Origin: Octopus sinensis | Taxonomy: Eukaryota | Direction: 5' to 3' | Length of the DNA stretch: 64,000 nt | Assembly: GCF_006345805.1 (NCBI RefSeq) | Contig: NC_043000.1 | Coordinates: 117,242,001 to 117,306,000 of the forward strand | In this document: in pieces, positions 60,871 through 64,000 of the stretch | How positions within the stretch are numbered: the first letter of the stretch is position 1 | Layout: each line of letters starts with the position of its first letter | Position numbers and translations under genes: made by a program | Notes under the pieces: generated by a model | The model's database searches: none | What the model saw: the letters and a program-made list of their open reading frames with translations, nothing else | What the model was told of the DNA's origin: nothing

Positions 60871-60965
60871 TTTCATTAGATTTTATATTTATACATTCCA
60901 TACTGAAATTATGTCATTAAAATCATTTGTTTATTATTTTTATCTAATTGGCTATCTAACATATG

Positions 60966-61381
60966 TGTTTCTTTATTACCCACAAGGGGCTAAACACAGA
61001 GGGGACAAACAAGGACAGATAAACGGATTAAGTCGATTACATCGATCCCAGTGCGTAATGTATTTAATTTATCGACCCCGAAAGGATGAAAGGCAAAGTC
61101 AACCTCGGTGGAATTTGAACTCAGAACGTAGCGAAGGGCGAAATACCAATTTTTTTTACTACCCACAAGGGGCTAAACACAGGGAGGACAAACAGGGACA
61201 GACAAACGGATTAAGTCGATTATATCGACCCCAGTACGTAATTGGTACTTATTTAATCGACCCCGAAAGGATGAAAGGCAAAGTCCACCTCGGCGGAATT
61301 TGAACTCAGAACGTAACGGCAGGCGCAATACCACGAAGCATTTCGCCCGGCGCGCTAACGTTTCTGCTAGCTCGCCGTCTT
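60966..61381 (-). mobile_element. SINE B1 dimer
   Basis: Head + 2 units; junction again at ggtatttc on the sense strand. Confidence 0.88.
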
Positions 61382-61881
61382 ATTTGGATATTTAATATAT
61401 AATTCATTCCTACACTACCCTGTTTGGTTGCATATTGCATTCAGGTGTATTTCTTTTACACTATAATTTAAATAATTTGTTACAAAGATAACATAGCTAC
61501 TCTTAACAAGACGCGTAGAAATAAATGAAATGATACCTTATAAGAATACAAAAGCAGTATATGTTTAATTGACTAAAGCCATATTACTCCATATTTAGTC
61601 CTTCTTTCCCATCGCGTATTACAATCAGTCTCTGATTTAAATATAGTTGTTTTGATAAAACTGTCAGCTTTAAACGTCCTTAAAGATAATAAAATACATT
61701 TATTTAAATTCTATCAATTATTAGAAATACTAAACCTCATTGTCATTATTGTTTAATGCTGCCGTTATTGTTTTCACAGCCAGAAAAAAATTTTAAACTT
61801 CTCCAAAAAGTGAATAATAAAATTAGAATTATAGCCTTCCCGTATAGTGTAATACATTTTAATGTTAATTATTCATGTGTA

Positions 61882-62160
61882 GAAGCGCAATGGCCCAGTG
61901 GTTAGGGTAGCGGACTTGCGGTCGTGGGATCGCGGTTTCGATTCTTAGACCGGGCGTTGTGAGTGTTTATTGAGCTAAAGCTCTACGAGTCTGCGGTGGG
62001 GTGGCGACCCCTGCTGTACTCTTTCTCTCATTCTTTCTTCCTGCTTCTTGTACCTGTATTTCAAAGGGGCCATCCTTGTCACACTTAATCTTCCCGATAA
62101 CTACGTTAAGAGTACACGAGCAGATCAACTGGAATCCTCGTCGTCGTAACCGACGGAGTA
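61882..62160 (+). mobile_element. SINE D/C-type copy
   Basis: D head and C-type tail (cgtcgtcgtaaccgacggagt). Confidence 0.7.
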
Positions 62161-62429
62161 CTAGGATACGCCATGAAAACCGGATAAGTCGGCATAAATC
62201 GACAAGGTAGCTTTGCCGAAACTTGTTTACTGAGTTGATTCCAACACAGAATTTGAAGACTGTAATTATGTAAGTGCTTTTATTCTTGCTAAATTTGGTG
62301 TACTGTTATTTCTCTTAAAAGTTATCCACAAGAATACTTTATCCTTGGATTTCAGAGTAATTTTGTTTTGTTAGTAGAAGTGCTGTATGAAGGGTATTAA
62401 GAAAATTATGTTATTCTTTAACTTTTCGC

Positions 62430-62734
62430 CCTTTTCAAAACCTAGCCCGGCTCATGGGCCCGGTTCCCGGTTTCTGTGGCGTATGTGTGTCCCCCCCCCC
62501 CCAGCTGGACGGGATACCAGTCCATCGCAGCGTTACCCAAGAAACAGGAAGAGAGAGTGAGAGAAAGTTGTGGCGAAAGAGTACAACAGGGGTCCCCACC
62601 ACCCCCTGCCGGAGCCTCGTAGAGCTTTTAGGTGTTTCCGTTCAATAAACACACACAACGCCCGATCTGGGAATCGAAACCGCGATCCTCCGACCGCGAG
62701 TCCACTGCCCTAACCACTGGGCCATTGCACCTCC
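62430..62734 (-). mobile_element. SINE family D, full length
   Basis: Reverse-complement match to 5886-6190. Confidence 0.85.
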
Positions 62735-63459
62735 ACAAATGGTGTTATGCTTGAAATTAAATACAGAAGCAAATGACTGGAAATTTAGCTACTAGTTTAT
62801 TCTCAGTAGCAAAGGCGATAAAGATGAAATTAAAATCAGGTTTTATGTTTCTGAAACAGGTATAATATTAAATATACATATATTATTACTGTTGAAATAA
62901 CATAATATAACATTAATAGACATGTTACTATTGTGAGTTTTTTTTCTCAGAATTGTATGGTGTTATTAGTTTAGAAATATCTAAGTGATAATTAAAGAAA
63001 AGATGCAAGATTATGATAGGAAATTAACACGTATATTCGTTGACGATATATGATTAAGTGGAGATTAGAACTAGAGTATTAAGAGAAGAATTTTGGTTTT
63101 AATTTGGTTTTCCGCATGTATTCCATTACGCTTTTACTGAAATGGAAGCGGCAAAGACATGATTCCTAGTTCTGTGTTCAATTTGAAAGGTAGTGATGAC
63201 TGACATTCTAAGATCAAATGACGTCAGGGCCGACTTTGCCTTTCATGTTTTCGGGGTCGATAAATTAAGTACCAGTTGCGTACTGGGGACCATGTAAGTC
63301 AGTTACATCGTCCTGTTGTTGTCGTGTCTGCTGTACTTTTCCCAGTTGATACCTCCGCATGCAGTGTTGCTGTTGCGTGGGGTGCCCCTTTCACTGAAGA
63401 TGTGTGTGTGTGTATTTGTGTATGATTTATACATTAATTTTATGAGCCTTTAACAAATA

Positions 63460-63675
63460 TTGGCTTCAGATTTTGGCACAAGGACAATGATTTCAAGGAG
63501 GGAGCACGTTGATTACATCGACTCCAGTACACAACTGGTACTTATTTTACCGACTCTGAAATAATAAAAAGCAAAGTCAACCTCGCTTGAACTTGAAATC
63601 AGAACGCAAAGACATCTAAATGCCGCTAGGCATTTCAACCGGCATACTAACTAGTCTGCTAGCTTGCCGTCTTAA
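63460..63675 (-). mobile_element. Old SINE B2 copy
   Basis: Diverged match to the family B core and head. Confidence 0.6.
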
Positions 63676-64000
63676 GGCATTTAGAAATAGAGACATCATA
63701 GGTTGATACAAAAAGAAAGAAAAAAGATACCATCTTTACTGGTAGAGATAACTTTACATTTTAAATTTTCCTCTCTAAAATGTCGTTTTTTAAAAGTTTC
63801 TTTTAAACCAACAACTGGTAACTATCTCTGAAGAGTGAGGGAGAAAATTCTAATTTGACAGCAGCGGTGTTGATAATTCTAGTCATTCGTTTGTTTCTTT
63901 CATTTAATCTTTCTTTAGAATTTGTATTACGTTTAAGACAACGATTCTAAATATTACATCTCACATGTTCCTTCCAAATCCAGCCGCTTTTGCCAAGGTA

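Overview
AT-rich, microsatellite-dense animal genomic DNA. The SINE families and repeat landscape point to an octopus or other cephalopod (inference). No host gene exon could be supported, and the window is essentially a nested retroelement and transposon landscape. Autonomous-type elements, all decayed to some degree: a near full-length CR1-group LINE (1.9-5.9 kb, minus) with an unusual trihelix + CCCH ORF1; two Tc1 elements, several mariners and a Chapaev3-like fragment; a non-autonomous Helitron (32.4-41.1 kb) carrying a head-to-tail array of an internally deleted ORF1-only element, a near-complete ORF1-only element and a full-length Tx1 LINE; a 5'-truncated GIY-YIG Penelope-like element (PLE) with a hammerhead ribozyme; and several R4/Dong LINE pieces in (TAA)n. 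At least four tRNA-derived SINE families, labelled A-D here, are abundant. Most interesting signals: (1) an ORF1-only 'half-Tx1' companion sharing the Tx1 3' tail and junction motif; (2) SINE B sharing that tail and forming fixed-junction multimers that suggest self-targeting; (3) SINE A sharing a covarying 3' stem-loop with the CR1; (4) four good and three degenerate minimal hammerheads, including a tRNA-headed element and a U3-A8 core variant next to its own antisense arm. Family names are from motif recognition only, no database search was run, and SINE boundaries are approximate.
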